64,000 nucleotides of DNA from a virus. The DNA lies in IMG/VR virus record IMGVR_UViG_3300005466_000024, positions 32,001 through 96,000 of that record. One strand, given 5' to 3'. Under the pieces are notes generated by a model. That model had not been told where the DNA came from and did no database searches. It saw only the letters and a program-made list of their open reading frames with translations. Both the position numbers and the translations under genes were made by a program. Every line of letters starts with the position of its first letter. The stretch's first letter is position 1. Shown here piece by piece: positions 9,266 to 18,185 of this stretch.

Positions 9266-9945
9266 GGGCGCTGCTCGCGGTGTGCGCTCCGGTGGTGCCC
9301 GGGTCGGCCGCAGTGGCCGCACACCTCGTGGGAGGCCACCGTCTGGCGTTCCTCGGGGGGCAGCATGTTCGGGTTGCTGACCTGCTGGCTGGGCGGTGTT
9401 TTCTCCCGGGGTGGCGCCAGTTTCCTGGGGACTTTGTCCTTGGCCTCCTGCGCCACGTCGACGATCTGGTCGCCGGGCAGTTGGCCGGGCCACCCCGCCC
9501 AGGGATCCACGATGGCCTCGAGCCGGCGCGCCTCGTGGAATTCGTCGTCACCGCGGCCCGGGAGGTAGATCGGGGTGCCGAACGGGTGCGGGGCGTCGCC
9601 GTGGAAGTCGGGGTGCGGGCCGGGTTCCTCGCCGGGGTCGTGTTCGGGGGGTGGTCCCCAGTTGTAGCCGGATTCCTCGTCCTCGAGTGCCCGCTCGTGC
9701 TGCTCGTCGTCTTCCGGGGCGTATTCGTACTCGCGCAGCCATTCGTTCCAGTCGCCGTGGCCCCTGCTGGGTTCGCGGTGGTAGGCGGTGTCGTTCGGGT
9801 CGGCCGCCGCCCAGTTCAGCAGTCCGGCGTGGATCCGTTTACCGCCCAGCAGGGCATCGAACTCGGGGCTCGGGGCCCCGGTCATGCTGCGGGGATTCTG
9901 GTCGGGGGCACCCCACCATTGTTCGGCTTGCCGCTGCACGCGCAT
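9262..9945 (-). CDS. Acidic Pro/His-rich hypothetical protein with C-terminal zinc-knuckle-like motif
   Basis: Strong RBS (GAAGGAG). C-terminal CGHCGRPGHHRSAH fits C-x2-C-x4-H-x4-H. Confidence 0.6.
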   Translation of the reverse strand: MRVQRQAEQWWGAPDQNPRSMTGAPSPEFDALLGGKRIHAGLLNWAAADPNDTAYHREPSRGHGDWNEWLREYEYAPEDDEQHERALEDEESGYNWGPPPEHDPGEEPGPHPDFHGDAPHPFGTPIYLPGRGDDEFHEARRLEAIVDPWAGWPGQLPGDQIVDVAQEAKDKVPRKLAPPREKTPPSQQVSNPNMLPPEERQTVASHEVCGHCGRPGHHRSAHREQRP

Positions 9946-9969
9946 CTGCGGCTCCTTCCCTTCACCCCT

Positions 9970-11538
9970 TCAGATTCGCCGTGCATATCGGGGGGACAGT
10001 GGGACGGGCTGTGCGCGTTCCTCGACGACCGCACGCATGAATCCGGCCTCTCCGGATGCCACTGAATACCGTTGGGCCAGCCGGGAGTTGGTACGCCCGG
10101 CACCCTGCCCGATCCAGCGCCGGGTCTTCCAGTTGCGTCCGGGCCGCAGATGCCACAGATGACAGATGTCGTTGGAGGTCACCTCGTGCAAAGCGTATAG
10201 CGTGTCCAATGATTTGAGGAACGAGATGTCCTCCCCGCCCCATCCCGAAAAGCGGGGGTCCATTCCGCCGGTCAGCCAGAATGCTTCGGCGGGCATCATC
10301 TGTGCCAGTGCCCCATACAGGTAGCCGTAATTCACGGTGGCCGTTCCGCCGGGTTCCAGCCACTCCTGCCGGGGTGGGGAGGGGACGGCGTACGGCTGGG
10401 CCGGGTCGGTGGTCAGTAAGTCGATGGTGTACTCCTCGGAGAGGCGGTAGAGCCGCCGGTAGGGGACGTACCAGAGTTTGCGCCCGGCGGCCAGGGCCTC
10501 CTCGATGCTGTCCGCGCATTGCTGGATGACATGGGCATCGAGGTAGGCGTCGGCGTCGAGGATGAGCAGGATCCTCCCCCGGGCGCGTTCAGCGGCCCAG
10601 TTCACTGATCGGCACTTGCTGTAGGGCCAGGAGCCGTCGTGGCCGACGATGATCTCCGCATGGGGTAGTTGCTGCTGCCAGTGCTGCGACAGCCATGCCC
10701 ATACTCGTTCGCGGTGCTCGGTGTCCTCCTTGTCGTGCCGGTAGGGTACGAGCACCGACAGTTGCGGGCGCCGGCCCTTCTTGCGGGGCGGCAGGATCGT
10801 TGGGGGTTCGATGGTGGCGCGTGGTGGTGTCGTGCCGGTCGCGGTGGCCAGCGCGGCGCGCAGTTGTTCGCGGACCTCCTCGACGCGCGCGTAGGGGGCA
10901 CGCCAGAACTCCCCGAAGCTGGGGTCGGTGTCGTAGATCGAGGCGTAGTCGCGGTACTTGAAGTCGCCGCCCTCCTTGTCCGCACTGGGGAACAGTTCGG
11001 CGCGGCGTGGGATGCCGAAGGAGTCCGCGACGACGAGGCCGTGCAGGCTGGAGGACACGACTCGTTTACAGCTGGCGATCTCGGTGATCACCTCCCCCGG
11101 GGGTCGGCGCACGTCGATGATGTGGCCGTAGGGGAAGCGTTGCGCGAGTTTCTGGTCGCTCCAGTGTGGGATCACGCCGAGGTCGTATTTGGCCACGGTC
11201 TGCGGCACCCACTTGGAAGCGAGTAGGCCGGGATCCCCGAGTACCACCGAGGTGGGGACACCGCGCACGCGGGCGGCCGACAGCCGCCCGCGCAGTGCGA
11301 TCACGTTGGCCGCCGACAGGTCGACCTCGGAGTTCTCCCGCAGTTTGCCGGCTCCGCACACGGTGCCCGTCCAGCCCGGCGGGAGGTGTTCGAGGACCGA
11401 GCCGACGAGTACCAGGTCGGCCTGCGCGGGCGGCGCCCAGGTGCACTCGACGCCGAGGCGGGCCAGGATCCAGTTGTTCAGCTCGTCACCGAAGTTGTGC
11501 AGCGGAGGCCGCCGCCACCCGTAAACAGCACGGGGCAT
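9970..11538 (-). CDS. Polysaccharide pyruvyltransferase-GT2 glycosyltransferase fusion
   Basis: N-half: NFGDELN, VGSVL, LRG, GDPGLL, GVIPHW, SSSLHGLVVADSFGIP. C-half: LSVLVPY, SKCRSVN, ILDAD, GMDPRFSGWGGED. Confidence 0.8.
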   Translation of the reverse strand: MPRAVYGWRRPPLHNFGDELNNWILARLGVECTWAPPAQADLVLVGSVLEHLPPGWTGTVCGAGKLRENSEVDLSAANVIALRGRLSAARVRGVPTSVVLGDPGLLASKWVPQTVAKYDLGVIPHWSDQKLAQRFPYGHIIDVRRPPGEVITEIASCKRVVSSSLHGLVVADSFGIPRRAELFPSADKEGGDFKYRDYASIYDTDPSFGEFWRAPYARVEEVREQLRAALATATGTTPPRATIEPPTILPPRKKGRRPQLSVLVPYRHDKEDTEHRERVWAWLSQHWQQQLPHAEIIVGHDGSWPYSKCRSVNWAAERARGRILLILDADAYLDAHVIQQCADSIEEALAAGRKLWYVPYRRLYRLSEEYTIDLLTTDPAQPYAVPSPPRQEWLEPGGTATVNYGYLYGALAQMMPAEAFWLTGGMDPRFSGWGGEDISFLKSLDTLYALHEVTSNDICHLWHLRPGRNWKTRRWIGQGAGRTNSRLAQRYSVASGEAGFMRAVVEERAQPVPLSPRYARRI

Positions 11539-11709
11539 GTCACCCCCTTCAAAGATGGGCTTGAAGCCTCACCCCTTTAGGGGGCCGGAACTCGCCTCCT
11601 GTTATGGCTTGCGGTACCCCTTGCACAGGAATCCCATAGCTAACTCCCGTGGGTCTCTTTTGGAAGTCCTAGCAAACCTCTATTATACCTATTTGTGCTG
11701 CTCAGACCC

Positions 11710-12180
11710 TCAGACTGGAGTAGTGTAGCAATACTGTACCGTAATGGTTTTGGGCAGTGTCAGGGTACCGATATTGATGTTTTCACCGGCATCGATATCG
11801 GTAATTACGACGTTGTGATAAACCACGGCGCGCATGATTCCAGTGGGGGACTGGATGACCTTTTGCATGGTGACGGTGCCCATGTTCACCTGGGCTTTGA
11901 GCACATCCAGAAGATTGGATGTGCCGGCGAGGCCGGGCAGCCGTGCCCACACCGGTTCGTTCCACAGTTCGTAGAAGGTCAGGCGCAGCGTACCCACCCC
12001 GACCGCCATGGCGGTGACGATCTCGAGGGGCACGGGTTCGTCGATGGGCTGTACGGCCTGGGCGGTGGCTACGGGGGTGGGTGGGGTGTCCTGGATGACC
12101 TGCAGGTAGGCCAGTCGGATGCCCTGGAACAGCATCGTCGTGAATCCGGATCCCCCTACGCGAGTGGCTGATGCGACCAC
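11710..12180 (-). CDS. Tail tube protein
   Basis: 156 aa, downstream of the sheath gene; beta-rich with a C-terminal 'KTITVQY' pattern. Confidence 0.7.
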   Translation of the reverse strand: MVASATRVGGSGFTTMLFQGIRLAYLQVIQDTPPTPVATAQAVQPIDEPVPLEIVTAMAVGVGTLRLTFYELWNEPVWARLPGLAGTSNLLDVLKAQVNMGTVTMQKVIQSPTGIMRAVVYHNVVITDIDAGENINIGTLTLPKTITVQYCYTTPV

Positions 12181-12250
12181 TGGCGCTCACCTCCCTACGC
12201 TCGGGGGGAGGGGCCTGACCCGCCCCGCTCACCCCTTTTGGGCGCAGGGC

Positions 12251-12523
12251 TTATGTGGGTCGCAGGTAGGCGACGGTGCTGGAGCCGGTGGCGACGATGC
12301 CGTAGAGCGACTCGTTGGATCCGGCCGAACCGGGGACACTGAGGGGGGTGGTCATACTGGCGGGCAGTGACGGGCCGCCGGTGGCGCCGGTGGCGGTGAC
12401 CTTGGGGCCACCGAGTACCACGGCGGTCGAGCCGGTGTTCTGGACGAGCACCCCGTAACCCTCGGCTCCCATGTGGCAGATGAGTGTCGGGGTGGTGGTG
12501 ACGGTGACGACGCCGGAGATCAC
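12251..12523 (-). CDS. Small hypothetical structural protein
   Basis: Fills the gap between sheath and tube; Thr/Gly-rich. Confidence 0.55.
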   Translation of the reverse strand: MISGVVTVTTTPTLICHMGAEGYGVLVQNTGSTAVVLGGPKVTATGATGGPSLPASMTTPLSVPGSAGSNESLYGIVATGSSTVAYLRPT

Positions 12524-12543
12524 ACCCTTTCGGTGTGGGGTTC

Positions 12544-14127
12544 CTAGATCGTCGACCTCAACGTGTTCGCGCTACCACCGAAATCGTTCACCGAACTGCT
12601 GGTCGGCGCGGTGATGGTGCCGGATGTCGTGGCGGTGACCTGTCCGGCGTTGGTGATGTTGGCGACGTTGCCGGTGTTGCCCTGGGTGCGGGTGTCGCCG
12701 GTGGTGAGGTCGATGGCGAAGGTGCACACGATGTAGTTCAGCGGCATCGCGGGCAGCCACCCGAACGAGGCCTCCAGTACGTCGGGGTTGGTGAGCAGCT
12801 GGCGCACTTTGAGGCCCTGGTAGTCGACGATCAGTCCGTCGCGGATGAGGCTCTGCAGGGCGGCCTCGACCGTGGATTTGACGTTGACCAGGGTGAATGG
12901 GTAGATGGGCTGCCCGATGAGACCGGCGGCATCGAGGTAGTCCCGCAGCCGGTACACCATGGCGTCCTGCTGACCGATGATGGACCATTCCCGGTGCAGC
13001 AGGTCGGTGGGGTCGGTGGTGACACCGTGGCGCATCCGGATCTGCAGTCGCCGGGTGACCTCGACGACGGCCAATCCGTTCTGGGACTCGAGGTTCTTCT
13101 CGCCCTCGTCCTGGACGACGCCGACACCGGTCCAGCCGGTGGGGCGTTTGTAGGTGAGCGGCTGCGCCCAACTCATGGCCATCACCATGCCGGCATAGCT
13201 GGCGGCCATGAATTGGCCGCCCAGCTGGATGGAGTTGTTCAGTTCGGGGGCGTAGTAGGTGAAGGTGTCCGGACTGATCAGCATGACGCGCTGGTCGGCG
13301 AGTTCCTCGGCGTCGATGATGCGCTGGCTGGACGGTACCGGGGTGGTGGTGCCGTCGAGACCCAGGATGGCGCGGCGTTCGTAGCGGTTGGCGCTCTGGG
13401 CGTTGACGTGCTCGTCGACGAGTTGCTGCAGCGGCTGCATGGAGCCGTTGGCGGGCACCACGATCGCCACCTGTGCCTGGTTGGCGAGTTTGTCCAGGGC
13501 GTTGGAGTAGTCCAGGACGGTGGGGCTGGACGGGTTGGCCGGGTTGACGGCCACACAGACGACCTGGTAGGCCCCGTTGAGGAAGCAGAACTTGGCGGCC
13601 AGGGTGAGTTCGCTCTGGATTTGGCCGGTGGTGGTGTTGAACGGTGCCCCGTAGGCGGCCTGGACGTCGGCGTAGTCGTAGAAGATGTACGGGTTGAAGT
13701 AGTCGGACGGGGTGTACTGGTACTGGGTTTGCACGGTGTCGCCGGGTTCGATGTGCCCGCCGTCGATGACCCGGCTGAGCGCGTACAGCGCGGTGTTGGC
13801 GATGACCGAGCCGCCCACCTGCACGACGGTGTAGTCGGTGCCCTCGGCATAGAGCGCCCCGGTGTTGGGGTTGACCACGATCAGGGTGTCGGTGTTGATG
13901 CCCGGCTGGCTCAGGGTGCGGTTGACCGCCGGGGTGGTCAGCGACGTGTCGGGGTTGATCAGTACCGACTCGACGAATTTGCGGTATCCGATCGTCATCC
14001 CGAACAGTCCGACCGCGGTGGGTTGGCTGGAGTTGACGACCAGCAGCGGCCCCTGGATGGCCTGGGTGTAGACCCCGGGCGGCAGGTACTTGGAGAAGTC
14101 GATCGCCTGAACGCTGCTGCTTGCCAT
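12544..14127 (-). CDS. Tail sheath protein
   Basis: N-terminal YLPPGVYTQ. C-terminal sheath-like segment (RMRHGVTT...ASFGWLPAMPLNYIVCTF). AGGAGG RBS before ATG 14127. Confidence 0.9.
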   Translation of the reverse strand: MASSSVQAIDFSKYLPPGVYTQAIQGPLLVVNSSQPTAVGLFGMTIGYRKFVESVLINPDTSLTTPAVNRTLSQPGINTDTLIVVNPNTGALYAEGTDYTVVQVGGSVIANTALYALSRVIDGGHIEPGDTVQTQYQYTPSDYFNPYIFYDYADVQAAYGAPFNTTTGQIQSELTLAAKFCFLNGAYQVVCVAVNPANPSSPTVLDYSNALDKLANQAQVAIVVPANGSMQPLQQLVDEHVNAQSANRYERRAILGLDGTTTPVPSSQRIIDAEELADQRVMLISPDTFTYYAPELNNSIQLGGQFMAASYAGMVMAMSWAQPLTYKRPTGWTGVGVVQDEGEKNLESQNGLAVVEVTRRLQIRMRHGVTTDPTDLLHREWSIIGQQDAMVYRLRDYLDAAGLIGQPIYPFTLVNVKSTVEAALQSLIRDGLIVDYQGLKVRQLLTNPDVLEASFGWLPAMPLNYIVCTFAIDLTTGDTRTQGNTGNVANITNAGQVTATTSGTITAPTSSSVNDFGGSANTLRSTI

Positions 14128-14175
14128 GGTTTCCTCCTGCACCGCGCCCTCTGCCCCTTCTGGGGGCGGCGCGGA

Positions 14176-14997
14176 TCACAGGGGCCGGGGATTCGTGGCG
14201 GGCGGGTCGTTCGGGAGGCGGTACGGGTTGCTGCTCGAGCCGGCCGGGATCGCGGGCAGTGTCTCCCGGTCGAGGTCGATGTGGGCGAGCTCGTAGTACC
14301 CCTCGTGCGTGAACTTGACGTTGAACTGTCCGAGCAGGTCGAAGCTGTAGGAATCCTCGTAGGCGAGCACGTCGGGCTGCCACGGCACCCCGGGGGTGAC
14401 GTTCTGGCCGCCCGGGTAGATGGTGTCGTGCAGCAGAGTCATCTTCACGTAGGGGTTCTCGTCGAGCGCGTTCATCAGGGTGCGGTAGCGGCGGGTGTCC
14501 TGGCCGGGTTGGGTGACGATGTAGGCGTCGGGGGTGCGGGCGAACGCCAGGTTCATGATGATCGCGTCGGCGAGCCGGTCGCGGGCCAGGCTGCTCAGGG
14601 CGACGATCGCCAACGTCACCCGGCCCTGGAAGGTCCATTCCTGGATCGGGCACCAGGCGCCGTTCTCCTTGACCATCAGTTCCTGGCCGATGCCGGCGCG
14701 GCCCAGGCTCGACGGCGAGAACTGCACCCACACCCCGGGGTACTGGCTTTCCTGCAGCGGATATTCGAGGTCGATGTAGACGGCCTGGCCGTCGATGCGC
14801 AGGTCCATTCCGGATAGGGCGTCGCGCAGCGCAGTGACCACGGCGCGTTTCACCGACTCGATCAGGCCGCCCTCGGATTTGGGCAGTGTCTGGGTGATGT
14901 CGTAGGCCGGGTTGGGGTCGCCGGGTTCGAAGAACCCGTCGGCGGCGGTCGGTTCGCCGGTGTGCTCCCCGACGGTGAGGAACGGTTCGTCGGTCAT
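14176..14997 (-). CDS. Tail completion/terminator-type protein
   Basis: Immediately upstream of the sheath gene; ATGA coupling at 14994-14997. Confidence 0.55.
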   Translation of the reverse strand: MTDEPFLTVGEHTGEPTAADGFFEPGDPNPAYDITQTLPKSEGGLIESVKRAVVTALRDALSGMDLRIDGQAVYIDLEYPLQESQYPGVWVQFSPSSLGRAGIGQELMVKENGAWCPIQEWTFQGRVTLAIVALSSLARDRLADAIIMNLAFARTPDAYIVTQPGQDTRRYRTLMNALDENPYVKMTLLHDTIYPGGQNVTPGVPWQPDVLAYEDSYSFDLLGQFNVKFTHEGYYELAHIDLDRETLPAIPAGSSSNPYRLPNDPPATNPRPL

Positions 14998-15458
14998 TCG
15001 ATGGCACCCTGCCGCAGCATGGCGACCACCTGCTGTTTGAGTTGCGGCTGCAGCTCCTCGACGGCCTGGATGATGGCTTTCTCCATGAAGCCGCGCGCCG
15101 GTAGCCCGGGGTGGCGCCATTTCTGATCACGCCACACCCGCCCGACATGCGGGATGTTCACCCAGCCGGGTTGACCGGGTTCCTTTCCGCGCCGAATATG
15201 TGGCCCGTCGCCTTGCTTACAGGAAAGTGGAATGACCCGGCCCTCTACCCACCACATGATGAACGGTTTGATACCGCGCTCTTGATGCAGCAGGTATTTC
15301 TGGGAGGTTTTGATGCCGACGCGGCCTTCGCCGGGCAGTGGGGACAGCGCCGACAGCGATTTGTCGGACCACCCGAAGTTTCTCATGGACTCGTTCGCCA
15401 GCTGCACGGCGCGGGCCGAGATCCGTGCACACATGTCGGCCGGGACGGAAACCTTCAT
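14994..15458 (-). CDS. Neck/tail-completion protein (HK97 gp10-like)
   Basis: C-terminal HPGLPARGFMEKAI motif and position. Confidence 0.55.
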   Translation of the reverse strand: MKVSVPADMCARISARAVQLANESMRNFGWSDKSLSALSPLPGEGRVGIKTSQKYLLHQERGIKPFIMWWVEGRVIPLSCKQGDGPHIRRGKEPGQPGWVNIPHVGRVWRDQKWRHPGLPARGFMEKAIIQAVEELQPQLKQQVVAMLRQGAIE

Positions 15459-15467
15459 CTCACCCTT

Positions 15468-15848
15468 TCAGGTGGGCCGGCGCGGCAGCGCGGCCGACCG
15501 CGGCAGGTAACTCACGTTCTGAATTGGTTCCACGTCGATGAGTCCGGCCCGGTCGAACACGATGGGCTGGTCGAGCTTGGTCGCACCCATCATCATGTGC
15601 CGGATCGGCCCGTGGCAGAACACGAACCAGGTGTAGACGCCCTTGGGGGCGAACACCTGCGCGCTGCCCACGATTTCCCCGTCGGGTTGGGCTGTCCACC
15701 AGATCTGCCCGCGGCTGTAGTTGACGTCCTCGTAGGGTTCGTGCTCGGGCACCGGGCCGGGCCCGGGATCGTCGCTGGCCACGCCGACGTACGTGGGCCA
15801 TACCAGGGCACCCAACACACCCTGCAGGCCGGGAATCGGTTCACTCAC
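15468..15848 (-). CDS. Small virion structural protein (related to 19414..19761)
   Basis: Shares a YVGVAxxDPG...YxR..W pattern with 19414..19761. Confidence 0.5.
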   Translation of the reverse strand: MSEPIPGLQGVLGALVWPTYVGVASDDPGPGPVPEHEPYEDVNYSRGQIWWTAQPDGEIVGSAQVFAPKGVYTWFVFCHGPIRHMMMGATKLDQPIVFDRAGLIDVEPIQNVSYLPRSAALPRRPT

Positions 15849-16543
15849 ATGACCTGCACCTCATCGGGGAGTTCCCCGTTGCGCATGGCCTGCTCCCAGG
15901 TGAGGGGTTCGTTCTCGGCGAGTGCCTCTTGACTGTGCGGGTATCCGATCGGAGTGAGGGTGAGGTGCCCGCACCCGATGCCAGAGTCCACCCAGATGGA
16001 GAATCCCTGCTTCTTCGCCTCGTTGCAGAAGTGCAGGTCGTGCCCCACGAACGGGGGCAGTGGGTTCCACATCGGGATGTCGGGATCCCAGTTCTCGAAG
16101 ACGCGCCGGTGGATGCTGGTCAACCCCATCGCGACCCCGTCGACCGGGTAGAGCGCGGGGTGTTCCACCATGTTCTTGACGATGTCGCGGGTCAGTGGGG
16201 AGAACCGTGGCTTATCGACCTGCATCCACGCCATGACGTGGTGGGGCCAGTCGTGTTTGAAGTACAGGGAGCCGACGATGTCGAGGTCGTCACTGTAGTC
16301 GGCGATCCGGGTGAACGCATTTACCGGGGCGATCATGTCCTGCTCGAAGAACACCAGCCGATCCCATTCCGGGCAGTGCTGGAACGCCATGCTGACCAGG
16401 GTCTGCATGGCGACCGGCAGGTAGACCCCTTCGGTGGCGACGTTGCCGACCAAGGGGGCCTTGTCCATCTTGAGCCAGTTGAAAAAGAAACTCACAGGAA
16501 TGTGCCGGTACATGGGGAAGGCAACGACCAGCTTGTTACTCAT
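15845..16543 (-). CDS. GT-A fold glycosyltransferase-like protein
   Basis: FFEQDM (DxD-like), DIVGSLYF, GMGLTSIHRRVF, GHDLHFC, DSGIGCGH. Confidence 0.7.
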   Translation of the reverse strand: MSNKLVVAFPMYRHIPVSFFFNWLKMDKAPLVGNVATEGVYLPVAMQTLVSMAFQHCPEWDRLVFFEQDMIAPVNAFTRIADYSDDLDIVGSLYFKHDWPHHVMAWMQVDKPRFSPLTRDIVKNMVEHPALYPVDGVAMGLTSIHRRVFENWDPDIPMWNPLPPFVGHDLHFCNEAKKQGFSIWVDSGIGCGHLTLTPIGYPHSQEALAENEPLTWEQAMRNGELPDEVQVM

Positions 16544-17282
16544 GGTAGGTGCACTCCAGGTTGGTGTCGGCGCCCGCCCAGGCGGGCGCCGGCTCGGCGG
16601 TCACCGTGGCCCGCGCCAGGTGCTCGGTGATGGCCCGCTCCCAGGTGGGTGGCTCCACCTCGGCCAGTGCCCGCTGGCTGTCCTCGTAGCCGATCGACAC
16701 CTGGGTCAGGTGTCCGCAGCCGATTCCGCTGTCCACGAACACGTGCCAGCCCTGCAGCTTGGCCTGGTGGCAGAAGTGCATGTCGTGGGCGACGTGCGGG
16801 GGCTGCGGCATCCACATCTGCACTGCGGGATCCCAGTCCTCGAGGACGTGGCGGGCGATGCTGGTGAAACCAGTGGACACCCCGTCGACCTCGTAGAGGC
16901 CGGGGTTCTCCTTGAGCATGCGGACCGCGGCGGCGGTCAGCGGGGAGAAGTTCGGGTAGCCGACCTGCATGCACACGTTCACGTGGTGCGGGGGTTCGTG
17001 CCCGAAGTACAGCGAGCCGACGATGTCGTGTTCGTGGCCGTAGGCCGCAATCCGGGTGAAGGCATTGACCGGTGGGATCATGTCGTGTTCGAAGATGACC
17101 ACTCGGTCCCACTCGTCGTTCTGCAGCGCCTCCTTGGTCATCATCTCCAGCGCCAGCGGCAGGTAGGCCCCGTCGGTTTCCAGGTGCCCGACGACCGGCT
17201 CCTTCTCCATGGCCAGGAAGTTGAAGAACCATGCCACCGGTAGCTGCCGGTAGAACGGGAAAAGCACCAACAATTTCTGCAT
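16536..17282 (-). CDS. GT-A fold glycosyltransferase-like protein (tandem paralogue)
   Basis: Same motifs as the neighbouring gene (IFEHDM, DIVGSLYF, HDMHFC, DSGIGCGH). Start at MQKLLVLF. Confidence 0.7.
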   Translation of the reverse strand: MQKLLVLFPFYRQLPVAWFFNFLAMEKEPVVGHLETDGAYLPLALEMMTKEALQNDEWDRVVIFEHDMIPPVNAFTRIAAYGHEHDIVGSLYFGHEPPHHVNVCMQVGYPNFSPLTAAAVRMLKENPGLYEVDGVSTGFTSIARHVLEDWDPAVQMWMPQPPHVAHDMHFCHQAKLQGWHVFVDSGIGCGHLTQVSIGYEDSQRALAEVEPPTWERAITEHLARATVTAEPAPAWAGADTNLECTYHE

Positions 17283-17482
17283 AACTACCCCCTGATAGTC
17301 GTTCGAGAACGCAGCGTGAACACGTCCACACCCTTTAGGCTCTTCAGCGAGACACGGAAGAGAGCCCCCTATGACGTCAGCTGGCAAGCCGGTGCGCTGC
17401 GAAGTCAGCGCCGAGGACCACACCTGGTGCCTGACGCACAACTGCAAGGTCACCGACCCGCAGCATCCGAGGGACTTCGAGG

Positions 17483-17518
17483 GCTATGTGCGTCGCACCG
17501 GCTATGTGCGTCGCACCG
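17483..17518. repeat. Perfect 18-bp tandem repeat (GCTATGTGCGTCGCACCG)x2, each containing the palindrome GTGCG-T-CGCAC
   Basis: Read directly from the sequence; lies about 110 bp upstream of the + strand gene at 17629. Confidence 0.9.
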
Positions 17519-17628
17519 ATAACCACACCTGAGATGCACCCGTAATCAGGCACGGTAAATGCCCCTTGACTACTGGATTGGGGGGGTAGCGTCAGTTCGG
17601 CACAGCCGTTCGAGGAAAGGACCCCACC

Positions 17629-18120
17629 ATGACACAGTCCACTACCCTCCTGGTTACTCCCGCCATCGCTGGAGCCGCACTTGCTGCACTGGTCGGGCTG
17701 GGCACGCCCACCGCCTCGGCCGCGCCAGGGGCCGCCGTCAACGTCAGCGGTATCGGTGTGAGCGTGGGTGACGCCACCGCCAATGCCAGCTTCGGCAATG
17801 CCGCTGCGGCGTTCAACGGCGGCAACGCCAGCGCGACCGGCGGCCTCGGCAACGTCGCACTCGCCAGTGGCACGAAGAGCGTGTCCACGATCAACGGTGG
17901 CTTCTTCAACGCCGCCGTCGCCAGTGGCGACAACAGCACGGCCCGTGTGGACGGCGGCAGCGGCAATGTTGTATTCGCGGGCCGGAACTCCGGTAGTGAG
18001 GTCGCCAAGGGAGCCAGTCTCAACGCCATCGCCAACTTCTGCAACAACGGCTCCAATATCGTGAGTGCGCAGTCCGCGCGCATCATCGTCAGCCCCGGCA
18101 CCACTGCCTGCAAACCCTAG
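17629..18120 (+). CDS. Secreted Ala/Gly/Asn-rich protein (moron)
   Basis: GAGGA RBS; signal-peptide-like N-terminus ending TPTASA; GNxA-type repeats; opposite strand; own terminator. Confidence 0.7.
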   Translation: MTQSTTLLVTPAIAGAALAALVGLGTPTASAAPGAAVNVSGIGVSVGDATANASFGNAAAAFNGGNASATGGLGNVALASGTKSVSTINGGFFNAAVASGDNSTARVDGGSGNVVFAGRNSGSEVAKGASLNAIANFCNNGSNIVSAQSARIIVSPGTTACKP

Positions 18121-18137
18121 GATCCCTCCCCGATGGA

Positions 18138-18168
18138 AAGCCCCAGGCTGGAGACCAGCCTGGGGCTT
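18138..18168. terminator. Hairpin terminator between convergent genes
   Basis: 14-bp stem AAGCCCCAGGCTGG-AGA-CCAGCCTGGGGCTT. Confidence 0.8.
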
Positions 18169-18185
18169 CTTCCCATGGCCGGTAG

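Noticed and set aside
11682-11687. Perfect TATAAT on the minus strand upstream of the pyruvyltransferase fusion
   Set aside because: No recognisable -35 or extended -10 at the expected spacing; not enough support for a promoter call.
962-15458. Sheath/tube/baseplate cluster as a tailocin or extracellular contractile injection system
   Set aside because: Capsid, portal, protease and terminase genes are present in the same orientation, so this is a phage.
17566-17592. TTGACT...TAGCGT as the promoter of the secreted moron
   Set aside because: Spacer is only 15 bp; plausible but too weak to call.
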